Shown here: piece after piece, positions 50,211-62,999 of the stretch
Numbering within the stretch: the first letter of the stretch is position 1
How the letters are laid out: every line of letters begins with the position of its first letter
DNA from: Microbotryum violaceum
Lineage: Eukaryota
DNA: 64,000 nt
NCBI GenBank assembly: GCA_001244265.2
Contig: CDLV01000010.1
Coordinates: forward strand, 1,550,001 to 1,614,000
Direction: 5' to 3'
Program-made: the position numbers and the translations under genes
The notes under the pieces: model-generated
Told to the model about the DNA's origin: nothing
Seen by the model: only the letters and a program-made list of their open reading frames with translations
The model's database searches: none

Positions 50211-52668
50211 TCACATGGGCACAATCGGCAGGATGACACGACTGGGGTACTCGCCACCAAAGTGGATCATATGTTCACCCTTGTTGCGCTCGTCCTCGGG
50301 GCGACTTCCTTGACCCTCCTTCAGTTCCGGGTTGAGCCAACTCTGTCCGAACACGTCGAAGCGGAGACTCTCGCCGGCCTCGAACTGGACGCCCATGTGC
50401 CAGATGCCGATCTCGAGCTCGACGATCTGTCCCGGGGGGATCTTCTGGTCCTCGTCGTGGGGGTGGAACGGAGCGTTCGGGTGCCAAGTACGACTCGGAT
50501 CGATCTTGCGTCGCGAAGCGCGCAGCATCCCTGCCGAGCCCGAGTGGATAATGACACCACTGTGGTCCTTCTCGGGAATGTCCTCGTACTTCTTGATCCA
50601 GCGTCGCTCGGTCGAGACTTGGACGTGCTTGATGAGCTTGCCGGAGGCATCGAGTTACGGAGCTCAACATAAATGCAAAGATCGTCCGAGGCGGTGCAAG
50701 ATACAAAGAGGTGCGCCTTGGGCAAGCCGACGATCCTAGTCTGCTTGTCGAAGGTGTAGATGAACGAACGCGTACCGGCGGATCCTGTCGTTTGATGTGT
50801 GTCTGTGCCTGTGGTATCTGCGCGGATGCGCGTGCGTTTAGTCATTAGTCACTTTGGTATTGTAGTTTGATCTGTTTAAGTTAGGGAGCGCGCGGGGCTT
50901 TCTTCCAGCGCGGCTGTTTACTCTTGATAGCTTTCTCATCACTCGCTCTACATTGTGGTCCTGACTTCTCGGCGTCGTGCACCCTCACCTATCGGAAGGT
51001 TAGTTACTGGAATACTTATTATCACTCGCTCTACATTGTGGTCCTGACTTCTCGGCGTCGTGCACCCTCACCTATCGGAAGGCTTTACTTCCGCGCTCGC
51101 ATCTTTTCTGCGTTAGATCCTACGACCTCCGAGTTGTAAGACAGGCTGCTCTTGGCCGAAGGGGTAGTGAGAGCAAGTTTTCCGCCGTCTCGGATGAACA
51201 GTTTGGTGTACTGCGTCTGAGGCAACGGCCAATTGTCCACGACGATGTTTTCGACCGGGTCCTTGTCACCAAAGTTCAGGATCGTCATGCGCACTCGCGG
51301 CGTTGCTTCGGCCCACCCGTTCTTCTTGCCCTTAAGGTAAAGGTCGAAGAAGCCGAGAAGTTCTTCCTGATTGTGGGGCTCGGAGTACAGGTCAAACCAT
51401 TCTTGGTATCCGCCCCATCGGAGCCACTTGTCCTTTGAGCCAATCTCGGTCCAAGCGCGCAGTGTCCCCATCGTGTGGAGGGAAGAGACGTCCGAACCAG
51501 CAAGGTAGCACGGCACGTTAATCTTCGTCATGTCGACGCGCTTGTCGGACCAGAACTCGGAAGTGGCTTTGGGGTAACGACGGTAGTTGGCTGCAAAGTC
51601 TTCGATTCCACCGTTGCCGCGAATGATGAGACTTGCGATGAGGGCAAAATTGGACAGGTTAAAGCTGAGAACGAGAGCAGAACGAGTGCCCGGGCGGACA
51701 GAGGATTAGCGTCCAAACCGGCAAGTATAGAAAACCTAGTGTACTCACATTCCACCTCGAACGAACTGCTCGCGGTACAGATCAGAGAGTCCATCCCAGG
51801 GTGCGATCGCAGCGAGCGACGGAGGCTGGAGCGCGGCGATGAAGTACTGCGAAATGGCGAGGTAGGAGTTGCCGGCCATGCCAACTTTGCCATTGCACCA
51901 CTCGCGCTTGGAGAGCCACTCAATGACGTCGTAACCATCTTCTGCGTCCTTGCTGCCAATCATCTGGACGTTGCCTACGGTAGAGTTGCAAGAGACTAGT
52001 CAGCACGCGGTGCCGGCGGAACTGAGACTTCAAGCGGTTCTCCAAAGTCTCACCGTCAGAGCAGCCTGCGCCTCGCTGATCGATGGACGCGATGGCGTAG
52101 CCCTTAGGGCACCAAATAGCAGGATCTGAGAGGGGAAGTATAAGCAGAGATACGTGGGATGGTTTTCTTGAGACGACCTGGAACGGTGGTCAGAAGACAT
52201 ACCGAGGCCTTCGAACTTCTCAAAGCCACTCAGGTCGCTCGGGATCACGCCACACTTCCAGGTGCACACCGGAAGCATGTCCGTGGCAGAGTATTTCTTG
52301 CCTTTTAGGATTTAACGCAAGAAACGGTTTCAGCACAACTTGCCAACTCGCCACCTCGCAGTCTCCATTGGCTCGAGGAACTTACCATATGGGCTCCATC
52401 CAATGATGACGGGCACCTTCTCATCTGAGCCGGGAGGGCGGTAGATGTCGGCGTAAAGTCGGGCTCCGTCACGAACCACGATCTCGACGTCGTGCTCGAC
52501 CAAAATATCAGAGGCAAGAGTCCTTGAATTGAGCCCATCCCAGCCCTTGCCGGTGAAGCCCTTGGGCAGCGTTTCAACCTTCCCGGGCTGAAAGCCTTGG
52601 TAGCCGTTGACACCCTCCTGCGGCTTGTTGAGCGGGCGGTAGATGATCTCGTCTTGAATAACGGGCAT
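50211..52668 (-). pseudogene. CocE/NonD-family alpha/beta hydrolase (peptidase S15), disrupted by an insertion and a frameshift
   Basis: VRDGARLYADIYRP, WSPYGK, EKFEGLDPAIWCPKGYAIASIDQRG, EWCNGKVGMAGNSYLA (nucleophile), HTMG, C-terminal GMLRASRR..GEHMIHFGGEYPSRVILP. Insertion at 50786-51115 and 1-bp deletion at ~50655. Confidence 0.9.
50786..51115. mobile_element. 330-bp solo-LTR-like insertion with 5-bp target-site duplication GATCC and an internal 62-bp duplication
   Basis: GATCC at 50781-50785 and 51116-51120. Termini TGTCG...CGTTA. Removal restores the hydrolase frame (SEVVGSAGTRSFIYTF). Internal repeat at 50938-50999 / 51021-51082. Confidence 0.8.
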
Positions 52669-53254
52669 GGTAGTATTGCAGCGAGTCAGGGATTTTCTGG
52701 TAGGAAACTGAGGAGCGATGCGAGCTTGCAAGCTTGGACCGAATAACCGCGAACCAAAAGTTGCCTTCTCCAGCTTGGCACAGACATGGGGTCCGGCACC
52801 TTGGCGCGTTCCGGCTGCCGCGCAGACGGAGTCCGGCGCGTCGCTCGGGCTGCGCGCAGACGGAACACGGGCTGCCAGCGCGCACAGCTGCCTGGCGCGC
52901 CTACTCCGACTCCGGAGCAAACACTGAGAGCGACCTCCTCCGGGTGACCGGCCGCCCACTCACGGTCCGAGGTCCCCAGGCTGGGATTCCGGGGCCCTCT
53001 CAGCCAGCGGTCGAAGGGTATCATTACGGACCAAGTTTCCATCGACCCCACGTCACCCCAGCCAGGCCATAGCGCAGCTACGTCCGTTCCAGCGAGTTCA
53101 ATTGAATGAGTTGTGATTCGCTCCGGAGCGGGTAACTGGGCGGGGCTCTAGAAGCTCCGGAACAGTGGGGATAAATATTGGAACGCGGGTAAGGCCACGG
53201 GGTACGGCGTGCGCTGCGCCGGGGTAGGCTAGGGCCCTGAGTGGATCTTTATTG

Positions 53255-53255
<1 letters not shown>

Positions 53256-53295
<40 letters not shown>
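53256..53295. repeat. Poly(C)40 in the hydrolase/MFS divergent promoter
   Basis: Directly visible in the sequence. Confidence 0.9.
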
Positions 53296-53411
53296 AGTGC
53301 CCCAAGAACCCTTCATCCATATGAGGGGAGTGAAACCCAACCTTCTTCTCTTGACTTCCTTACCTGGCCTTATCCCATCCTCTTCTCTGAGCTCGACCAT
53401 CATCGTTCACC

Positions 53412-55829
53412 ATGCACCACCAGGACGACCACGAGGCCCTCGAGAATGTCCACTTTAAGGTGAAAGGTGTCACGACGGAGCAAGCCCAGGCTGCTACCGG
53501 CACAATCAGCATCCTCTCGACTTCCCAAGACAAGAACGATGTTGTGCTGATCCCCACTCCCAGTTCCGATCCTCGTGGTGAGTATCGAGATACCATATAC
53601 TCTCACTGCGCTTCGGATGTCCTGATGGTCTACTGCCAGATGGCTCCGGTGTTCCGAATTCGCGGAAAATGCGCTGACGGTTTTCTGCTCCGACGGCTGG
53701 CAGACCCCCTCAACATGCCTATGTGGCGAAAATGGACCGTTGCTGTCATCTTGTCTCTTTGTGAGTAGAACAGAGTGTTGATCTTGCAATCATGGGACTG
53801 ACGTTGCGTACGGCCCCATTTTCAAAGATTCCTGCGCCGGTCTCACCGTTGTTAGCGCGGCGGGTGCCTTGATCAGCTTTTTCGTTGGAGGTGCGTGTAT
53901 TCGACACACCCTCACCACTGCGATGGCCTGACCTGACGGAAGCCAACTTTGATTTCGAGTAGACTACGTTCGAGAAGGTCGCACCTACAACGAAATCGTC
54001 CAACTCAGTAAGCTAGTTTTCAGTGTGATATTCCCAAGCGCTCCCTGCTAAGTTCTGCCTCTCCCCCTTTGCCACCACCAGTTACGATCCCTACTCTTTC
54101 GATGGGTCTGAGAAACTTCGTAATCATGCCTATCGCACTCTCGATTGGACGTCGCCCAGTTTACTTGTTCTCCACCGTTCTTTTGTTCCTCGGCTGCATC
54201 TTGGCTGCGCAAAACACTGGCTACAGCTTCCACCTTGGAACTCGTATCATCATCGGTTTCGCCGCTGATAAGCCCCAAACTGCGGCCTTCCTCCCAGCCG
54301 TCGAGCTGCTGACGGATAGCGACGTTTTTTGTCTTACAGGTCAAAGTGAAGCATTGGTCCCCCTGATGTTAAAGGAGTCGTTCTTCTTGCACGAACGGTC
54401 CAAGATTCTCGCGTTCCAAGCGACCTTCCAAGTGAGACCTTTAGGCTCTGTCATCGATAGGCGATTCGCTCCAGTCATGGAGGTACACTGACGTCTTGGG
54501 TTTCACATGCCTCACGCCTTCAGGGAATGATTGGTTGTGTCTTGTCAATTGTCTCAAGTAACATCGCGTCGGGCGTTGGCTGGAAGAACTGGTACAACGT
54601 TTACGCCGGTATCACTGGTGTTATCATGATCGCCTCGTTCCTCATGGTTCCCGAGACCAAGTTCGAGCGACCCTTGGAGGCTTACAACGGTCTGCCCGGT
54701 ACGGCCGCTGCCCCGCATAAAAACTCCGGCTCGATTGGGGACAAGGAGAGTCAAGATTACGTCGAGGATGCCGTCCCCGCCAGCGTCAGCAACCGCCCGG
54801 CTCTCGACTATACCAAGTACAAGGCTGCCCCGATCCTCCAGTCCCTCAACCCCATGCCTACCACGAAGGTCGACTGGAGCGAAGGATGGGGCATCATCAA
54901 GCACATGTGCACCATGATCTTGTTCCCCAACGTTTTTCTCATCATCATCGCCAACTCCTGGTTCTTGGGTGTCAACATTGCTCAAGGAACGACTATAAAT
55001 TGCTTGCATTCCGTCTGCCCGGCTCCCCCAACAAGCTCCTGACCTTGGGCCTGTCAACCCAATTCTTTCTCAGTACGGTACTGTACTCAACGCCCCCCCT
55101 TACAACTGGGCTGAAAAGTGGACCGGTCTTGCATCCGCTGGTGAGTAGATCTGGCGGGGCCATCGCTTCATATTCAAGCCAGAAGCTGACCTCAATGCCT
55201 TGTTGCAGGCCAAATCGTTGTATCCTTCTTGCTGCTTCCTCTCGTCGGTGTTCTCGGTGATCGCCTCGTTACCTACATGGCTCGTCGCAACGGTGGTGTT
55301 CACGAACCCGAGGTTCGATTGATGACTCTCGCGTTCCCCACCATCATCGGAGTATTCTGCGCGGTTCTCTTCGGCTACGCTTTCTCGCACCCTTACAAGG
55401 TCCACTGGTTTGCCATCCTCTTCTCTTACGCCGGCGTCTACTTCGCCTTCATCGCCGCTTCTGTTGCGTGAGTGCATTTCAACCCACTTCTTCCTTTCAG
55501 CGCTCGAGGGCTTGTCTTGATCAACATGCCATTGCGCCACTTGCAGCGGTCTCACGTACCTCCTCGACGCTTACCCGACTCGCTCCGGTTCCGTCCTCAC
55601 CCTCGTTTGCGGATGTCGTGGCCTGATCTCCTTCGGCATGACTTATTCGCTTACACCGACCACCGATCGCCTCGGTCATTTTGCCGCTTACGGAATGTAC
55701 GCCGGAGTGATGGGCGCTCTCGGCATCGGCGGCTTCTGCCTCTACTTATTCGGCAAGCGTCTCCGCCTGTGGACGCTCCGATTCGTCGTCGACGCGGCCG
55801 ATATCGATAACGAACCCCGCTGCGGATGA
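53412..55829 (+). pseudogene. Major facilitator superfamily transporter with two mutated splice donors
   Basis: LIPTPSSDPRDPLNMPMWRK, IGRRPV, GQSEALVP, FFLHERS, VPETKFER, NGGVHEPEVRL, TYLLDAYP. Intron donors at 54268 (ATAAGC) and 54995 (ATAAAT) lack GT. Confidence 0.85.
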
Positions 55830-56662
55830 ACGGTGGGGGAGCGTCCGATGCTGTTGTACTCTTCTTGACGCGACGCGGTGTTCCTTTATTGTATGTAGGT
55901 GTCTTGTGCGCAGTCTTCTCGACGTGGATACAAAGTGGTGTTTCGTCTGGGTAGTTTGTGCCACAGGACAGTGACTTCTTGTGTTGTGTGATATGCAGTA
56001 TGAAAAGTCGTAAAATGTAAATAACAATAGCAACGCTTACGACCAAAGGCGGATGTGAACCCGTCTTCGGCTACCGAATGCAAACATATCCCTTCGGACT
56101 CTCGTCCCGACGGTTGCCTCTACCTAAGCCTTTGCGAGGCTTTCACTGGCTGCACCTCAGGCATTTGTTATTGATACAACATCCCACTCAGAATCTATAG
56201 CATACGAAGACACATATTCGTTGCGACCCATATTCTTGAACCTACTGGGACACAAGCCACGAGTCGAGTTGTATTGCACAAATTATGATTCGTTGGTGGG
56301 CTCCGATTGATCGGGGTGCGGCTTTACTAACTACCATCAAAGAAGGTCACGAACTATAAAAGGATTACCCGCTAATTTTGTTTTGATACAAGATCAGATC
56401 AAAATAGACACTACCTGATTCATGAAGGAAGGGCGAATACAAGTAATGGGAATTGAACCCATATGGTTTGAAATCATGGTTGCTTAAGAATCACCTGCCC
56501 AGCATAGAGGCTGGAGGCTGGAGGCGGCGAGGCCGGCCAGGCGCTGGTCTGGCCTGGTGTGGCGGCGCCGCGTTCCGTTCCGTTCATCGGATTGGCAGAC
56601 TCCGTTTCCGCCGTCCGAGTGCAGCACCGACCAAAAGCTAGGCAGCTGGATCTATCCCGAGC

Positions 56663-59539
56663 ATGGAGAACCACGAGTTGTCGCATTCGACCGTGTCGCC
56701 CGAACAAGATGTAGAGCGACGCCCAGCCAAACGACATCGACTCGTATGTGCCTGTGATCGCTGCCGCCGCAAGAAGATCAGGTACGCTCCCCCCCCCTCC
56801 CCCGTCCCCACCTCCGCCCTTGATGCACGTTCTCCCACGCACGGGCCATCTCCGGAGCGCTGCTGACGTCGACCGACCCTGAGCCATTGTCGCTGACCTT
56901 GACTCCCTTGCATTCCACCGCGGTTCATGTCCCATCTCCTTCTCACCCCATGCCGCGGAATGCTACTGCCGCAGGTGTGACGAAGCGCAGCCTTCCTGCG
57001 GTCCGTGTGTCGGCGCCGAAGTGGAATGCGTCGTGTGAGTTCACGCCTTCCAACTTTGCTCTCCGCCGTTAGGAAAGAGGTGGAGAGCGCTGACAAAGAA
57101 TACTGTGGATATGAACCTCGCAATACTTAGGACAAAGCCACACGCTCAATCGCTCGTAGTTCCTATTCGACAAAAGACCGGAGTCGGCCGCAGCGCACGT
57201 CTGAAGGGGTCGGTCCGCATCAATAGTACCAAGGGCAGCCCACTCATGGCGACCCCGTCCACTTCTCAGCCGACCACAATGTCTAACGGCCACGCTTCGA
57301 CAGACGCGACACATTTCCCCTTCCCTGCCCCGGCTGTTCAAAGCCAAGAAGGTGCGGAACACGACCAGGCCGCAGCCACGCTGGCGCATCTCTTGCACGC
57401 TGCCGAGCCGCCTCCGAGGGTTACAGCAGCTTCGACTTCGGCATTGCCTACCGTCATATCGGATCATTCGGAACCGGTTGCGACCTCCTACGACGATTTG
57501 GAACGCGATCCAGCCGTCAAAAATAGGGCCGCGGAGCAATGCCGCGTCAACGACGGAGGAATCCTGCACACGACCGCGCATCGCCGAAAATTCGTCGGTG
57601 CGAGCTCATCGCAGGCTTTGTTGAAATGGCTCGACAGCGAGTCGACGTCTCGCGATGGGCTTGCACAGCATCTCAAACAAGGCGTCGCCAGCGCAGAACA
57701 ATACGTCTTCCCCGGGCTGGACGATCCCGAGTCCCATCTGCCTGATCTCGGGACGCTGAACCAATACCTCGACAGCTATTTCACCTCCACGCATTACTCG
57801 TACCCTTTTCTGGACGAGACCGCTACGCGCCAGCTCTTGCACACTCCTCAACATCTACTCGACCCTGTGAACCGCGCCCTGTTGTACGCCCTGTGCTCGC
57901 TGGGTGCCGATGCCACCGACTTGGCAGGTGTCATCAGCAGCGAAGGCGAGAGGTACATGCAGCTTGCGTGGAAGTCGCTTCCATCTCTTCTTGCAAGACC
58001 TTTTCGGTCGTCGGTTCAGGTCCTTCTCCTCATTTGTTTAAGTCTGCGCAACGTGAGTCCATTGCGGTCGTCCCTGATTCTTATCGATTATTATCATACC
58101 CGGACTCATTTCGATTCATTGGTCATCACAGCGCAATAAAGACGGTATGGCTTGGACGCTTGTATCGATAGCCATCCGAATCGGCTATAGCTACGGCCTG
58201 CATCTGGAAAACACTGGCCCACTTGCTAGCCTTGATGCACGCATCTGTGCGTTTCTACTCTCGTCCAACGACTGAATGGTTCCCATGTACTGAGTTTACC
58301 ACAATAATGTTACAGGGTATACTGCGTACTGCATGGACAAGGTCGGCTCATTCGAAAGCGGTCGGGTCTCTGCCGTCGACGTTCGTGCTTGCACGATCCA
58401 GCCGAGTGCAATCGGCCAAGGGGCAACGTTCATCATTGGGGGTAGTCCACATCCGATCGACGTCTTCACCCCTTACATCACACTGTGCATGGAGGTCGAA
58501 GCAGTCAGCACAAGTCTATTCTCTCGTCAAGTCGCAACGCTTTCGACCGTCGAGGCTTTGCATCGAATCGGTCAGCGCGACGAGGCGTTGCTCAAATGGG
58601 TCGAGTCGGTGCCCCTCTCTCTACGTCCGGGCAACGATGCTCCTCAGGCAAATGCACTTTTACCCTACGCAGCGTCCATTCATATGTTGTATCACCAAGT
58701 GTGAGTCCACCGGCTGAATGCTGCGCGTTGAGTCGGACTCGGCAATTTGGCGCTAAGCACTGCATTCTTCGATTTTTCTGGGTAGCATGATCACTTTGCA
58801 TCGTCTGTCGTTGTTTGACCACGCGCGTCTGGTCCTCCCCAACATCAACAGCCCGCTCCTGCAACCTTACGCGAGTCGGATACAGAACAGCGCCTCCATT
58901 TGCCTCACCTCCGCTCGTTCAACCCTCTCGTGTCTCGAGCGACTCCGGGCGGCTTTCCCTCGAGACCGGTCGTGGACGCTTCACTGCATTTTCAACGCCA
59001 TCATCGTCCTAGCAATTCATACATGGCAGAACCCCACGACGTGGGTTGCCAGGGCCGACCTGATCATCCTCGAGCATTCGACCGCGTTCGCGGCAGAGGT
59101 GTACGGTCGAGCTGGGTTCGCACAAGAGTTCATTCAAGTCCTTCCACGGCTGTACGAGAAGACCAAGCTCAAGGTCGAGCGACCCGGCCAATCGAGTCGC
59201 GCCCCAACGCGCGCGAGCAGTCCTCAGCCAGGGCCTGCACATACTACCTCGGCGTCTACAGCGGCAAGATCGAGTACAGCGTTTCCCGAGACGCTGGGCC
59301 CCGAATCCACCGGATGGCACGGTATGGACGCGCCTCGTGGAGACGGGTACGACATGCTCGACTTTAAGAGCCTGTGGCCTTACCTGCTTGGGAACGGGGT
59401 CTTGACGTCTTCGAAAGATCCGTTTATGGTGGATCCGCTCGAAGGGACAGCAATGGGTACAGCAATGGGTCTGAATCTGATGGTGCAACCTTCGACATCG
59501 CACGAGCATGGCACGATGAACTTTGATCCGTTCTTATGA
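56663..59539 (+). CDS. Zn2Cys6 binuclear-cluster transcription factor with fungal-specific middle domain, apparently intact
   Basis: ACDRCRRKKIR|CDEAQPSCGPCVGAEVEC, FVGASS, YF..H.SYPFLD, AWTLVSIAIRIGYSYGLH, WYTAYCMDK..ESGR. All introns GT-AG and in phase. Confidence 0.9.
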
Positions 59540-59947
59540 GAGCTTAATTGCAGTCGTGGTAGCTTGCAATGACATGACTAATAGGGGCATGGGTGGTCGT
59601 GCCTAAATCGAGATTTGATCCCTATCAGAATATTACGTTTCACATGGGACCAAATAGGCCGCGAGTCTTTTTTGTCAGATCACTTGCAAACCTTAGCCTT
59701 GACGATTTTTCGGCCCGTCACGAACTGGGACAGCCGGGCCGCCCACTTCCCGGAGGCGCAACGGCCAGACCTCGGAGCGGAGCGCCGGAGCGGACGACTC
59801 GGCGTACGTTCGCAGTTTAGCAAGTTGAAACGAACAACAATAGGCACCTACCGAAGGTTCCAGAGCGTTTAGGGCACCACTATTGCAGTTACCTGCCAGT
59901 CACTACACAATACCAGTATAGATACACCGTCGCTCGACTTTGGCGAA

Positions 59948-62900
59948 ATGAGCGTGTACGACGTAGTTCATCAAGTGCCGTCGGCGACCACCGGCCTATG
60001 GATTCCGCTTGACGAAGCGCTTGAGGCCAAGAAGCGGGCCGAGAGTCTCAAGCGTCAACGACCTGCACATGCATTCACTTTAGTACATCGGTCCTTCCCA
60101 AGCTTGACAGCCGACGACGACTACGATTACATCCTGCTGCACGACGAGGACTTGCTGGACGCGGTCAAACGCCTCTTCCCCACTTTGGGTTCTCTGTACC
60201 AGTCCCGTCCCGGTGTGAGGTATTTTGGTAGCGAGTGGAGGAAGCCCTGTCCGCTGATGTATTTGCTCGTTCGCGACCCACTAGATTGATGCTCGATCGC
60301 TATACGTGCGAAGGGAGCAGCTCCTGAGTCTCGAGGAATCGTCATCACGTGCCCAGGGCGAAAGCAAATCGCCAGTCGGGCAGACTTTGCAGACCCTGAG
60401 AACCTTGCTCGATGAGCAGTTCACCCAGGTGTAAGACAATTTGTCCTCTTTGCTCGCGTTCCACTCGAGCATTGCCTTTAGTTATCGCTCTAACCCGTCC
60501 CCATGCAGAACGACCAAACTGGCTTCCTTTCCCGCCGGTACCATCTCGTGGCGCCTCCTCTGGACACTTTTCAAAGTCGGTCAAGAGATCGAGTCCGCTC
60601 ATGATGTCACCGGGGAAATGGTCTGTCCCAGCCGATCAATTTCATTGTCCGACGTCGGGGCGCTCACCCAGATTCCCATTCCTGCAACCAGATCGCCCTG
60701 AAGCTAGACTCGTGGGCCTACGTGCAAGAATCCATGGGAAGGTGAGACGATGGTGGGAATCTGAGCGAAGCTCTGAGATCCAGCGTCTGACTTCTTTGGT
60801 TCTGGGCAGGGTGTTCCAACTATCTTGTCACTTTTACCAATGGGCTGGGACATGTTACCACAAGATGCCGGTGACGCGGAGAGTGAATGAGTTCGACGTC
60901 CGTTTCTTTATTGCGGCTAAGTGGCTTTATGCCCGCGAGCTCATGTCGCTAACTCGCCGAATTAAGTCTCTCAGAATCTTCGCGCTATCACGTCGCTCAA
61001 GACTCTCCCCTTATCAAACGCCTCCAAAGCGATGCTCGCCGGTCAGCCGCTGCAGTCCCCGATAGTTGTGGGAACTATCGCCAAACTAAAATCGTCATTC
61101 TCTCCTCCACAGACAGAGGCGAGCTGTACATGAAGGCTCGTCTTTGAGCTTGTAAATCTTCTCTGCCTGGACTTCATCTGATCCAGAATGTCCTCTCCAA
61201 TCCTGCAGCATGCTTGCCAATCACATGTGGAGTATAGTGGCTTCTTCTACACCCGTGCATTCAGTGGAGCGTGAGTCAACCTCCCCCACAAAGCTTTCAT
61301 TCCCCGGCTCACACATCGCACATCCCTCAGATCTCGGCTCTTGGGCGACGGGCAGGTTGTCATCGATGTCAAGAGCTTCCGCCGTGCGAATCCTGTGCTT
61401 GATCAGTGGGGGTGGGTCCCTTCCACATATTCGCGGGTTGTCGATGCCTAATGACTGTTGTATTTCACATAGGGATGATGTCAACGACCAAGGCGGCCGA
61501 ACTCAATATCAGCCTCGTCCCAGTGGTTCATCGATACCTTGCGAATCATTCCGCGAAGAGGATCGCTACCTTTTGCCCCCAACACTTCATGGCTTTTCTC
61601 TCCGAACCAAGGCAAGTGAAGAGGATTCGAGCTCTGTCGATTCGGTATTTCAAAGTCCGGACGCGACGAAACTGACCTTGCCTCCTCATTGCAGCGATGG
61701 GGTGAATTCCTCGTTTCGCGCTTGACCCCAGTCCAGTGGCGAGACGCAAGTTTTTCGCATCTCGTCATTCCCGACTCTTATCGGCGACTCATTCGAGCAC
61801 TCGTCACCGTGCACGCGAGCAACCTCAAGGATCAGCTGATGCAAGACGTAGTGGAAGGAAAAGGGACAGGCCTAATTATGGCGTTCCATGGAACGCCTGG
61901 TACAGGCAAGGTGAGTGTGACCTCAACTTTGTATCATAGACGCGAACACGCTGACGGGAATTCCATTCCCTACGCCACAGACCCTTGCCGCGGAGGCAAT
62001 TGCGGAGCACCTTCGCCGACCACTGTATGTTGTCGGCGCGGGCGAATTAGGACTGACTGCGGCTGGACTTGAGAGGCAACTCAAAGACACTCTAGAGGTT
62101 GGTCTATATGGTGCGCAGGGCATTCGGTGGACCTATAGCAACCCACTAACTTTAAAACTGGAAAGCTTGCCACCTCTTGGAACGCTGTTCTGCTCATCGA
62201 TGAGGTGCGGGTGCGGCAGCTGGACCAGATAGAGCTCACTGATCGGCCAACTTACGCGATGCTCTCGTTGGCCATGCAGGCGGACATCTTCCTCACGAGA
62301 CGAAGTCCAGACAACCTTGAACACAACGCCTTGGTGGGAGTGTTCCTACGACGTGAGTCTTTCGCGGGATCTTGGAACCACTGATTCACCCGGCTGACGC
62401 TTGGTACTATTCCGCTGCAACATAGAACTGGAGTACTTTACTGGTGGTGAGCACCGCACGAAAAAGCTTGGACTTAGCTCGACCTTTAGATGCTGAACCG
62501 ATTGCCCTCGTCCCCGTACAGTTTTGATCTTGACCACGAACGTCATCGAGCAGTCAGTCCTTGAAATCTCACCTTTGCCGTCCCCAAGCCGCCGTCCTAT
62601 AGTTTAAACCTCATCTTCCCAGACTCGACGACGCCTTTATCTCTCGCTTTGCTGTCGTGCTTCACTTCAAGATCCTCGACTCTGCGTCTCGTCGTATTCT
62701 ATGGGAGCGTGTAAGTTTGGCGTTTGTGGTAGTTGAGCCTCACTTTGCTAATAAGTTACGGACCGATCACTGAATCGTACTGTACATACCCCATACAGTT
62801 CCTGGTCAAGGCCGAGGCAGACCCCGAGGAATTCAACTTGGACCGCCTGTCGTCGTTCGAGATGAACGGGCGCGATATCAAGCATGCCGTGAGGATGGCA

Positions 62901-62999
62901 CAAGCTGTGGCTTTGGTCGAGAAGGAAGGGTTGTGCACATCCCATTTGGAAGAGGTTATTGCTGTGGCAAAGTCGGGCTTTGAGCCTTTGCGCAACTGA
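59948..62999 (+). CDS. Fungal AAA+ ATPase, many exons
   Basis: DVVEGKGTGLIMAFHGTPGTGKTLAAE (Walker A), LLIDEADIFL (Walker B), LEYFTGVLILTTN, LDDAFISR, MNGRDIKHAVRMA. Confidence 0.88.
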
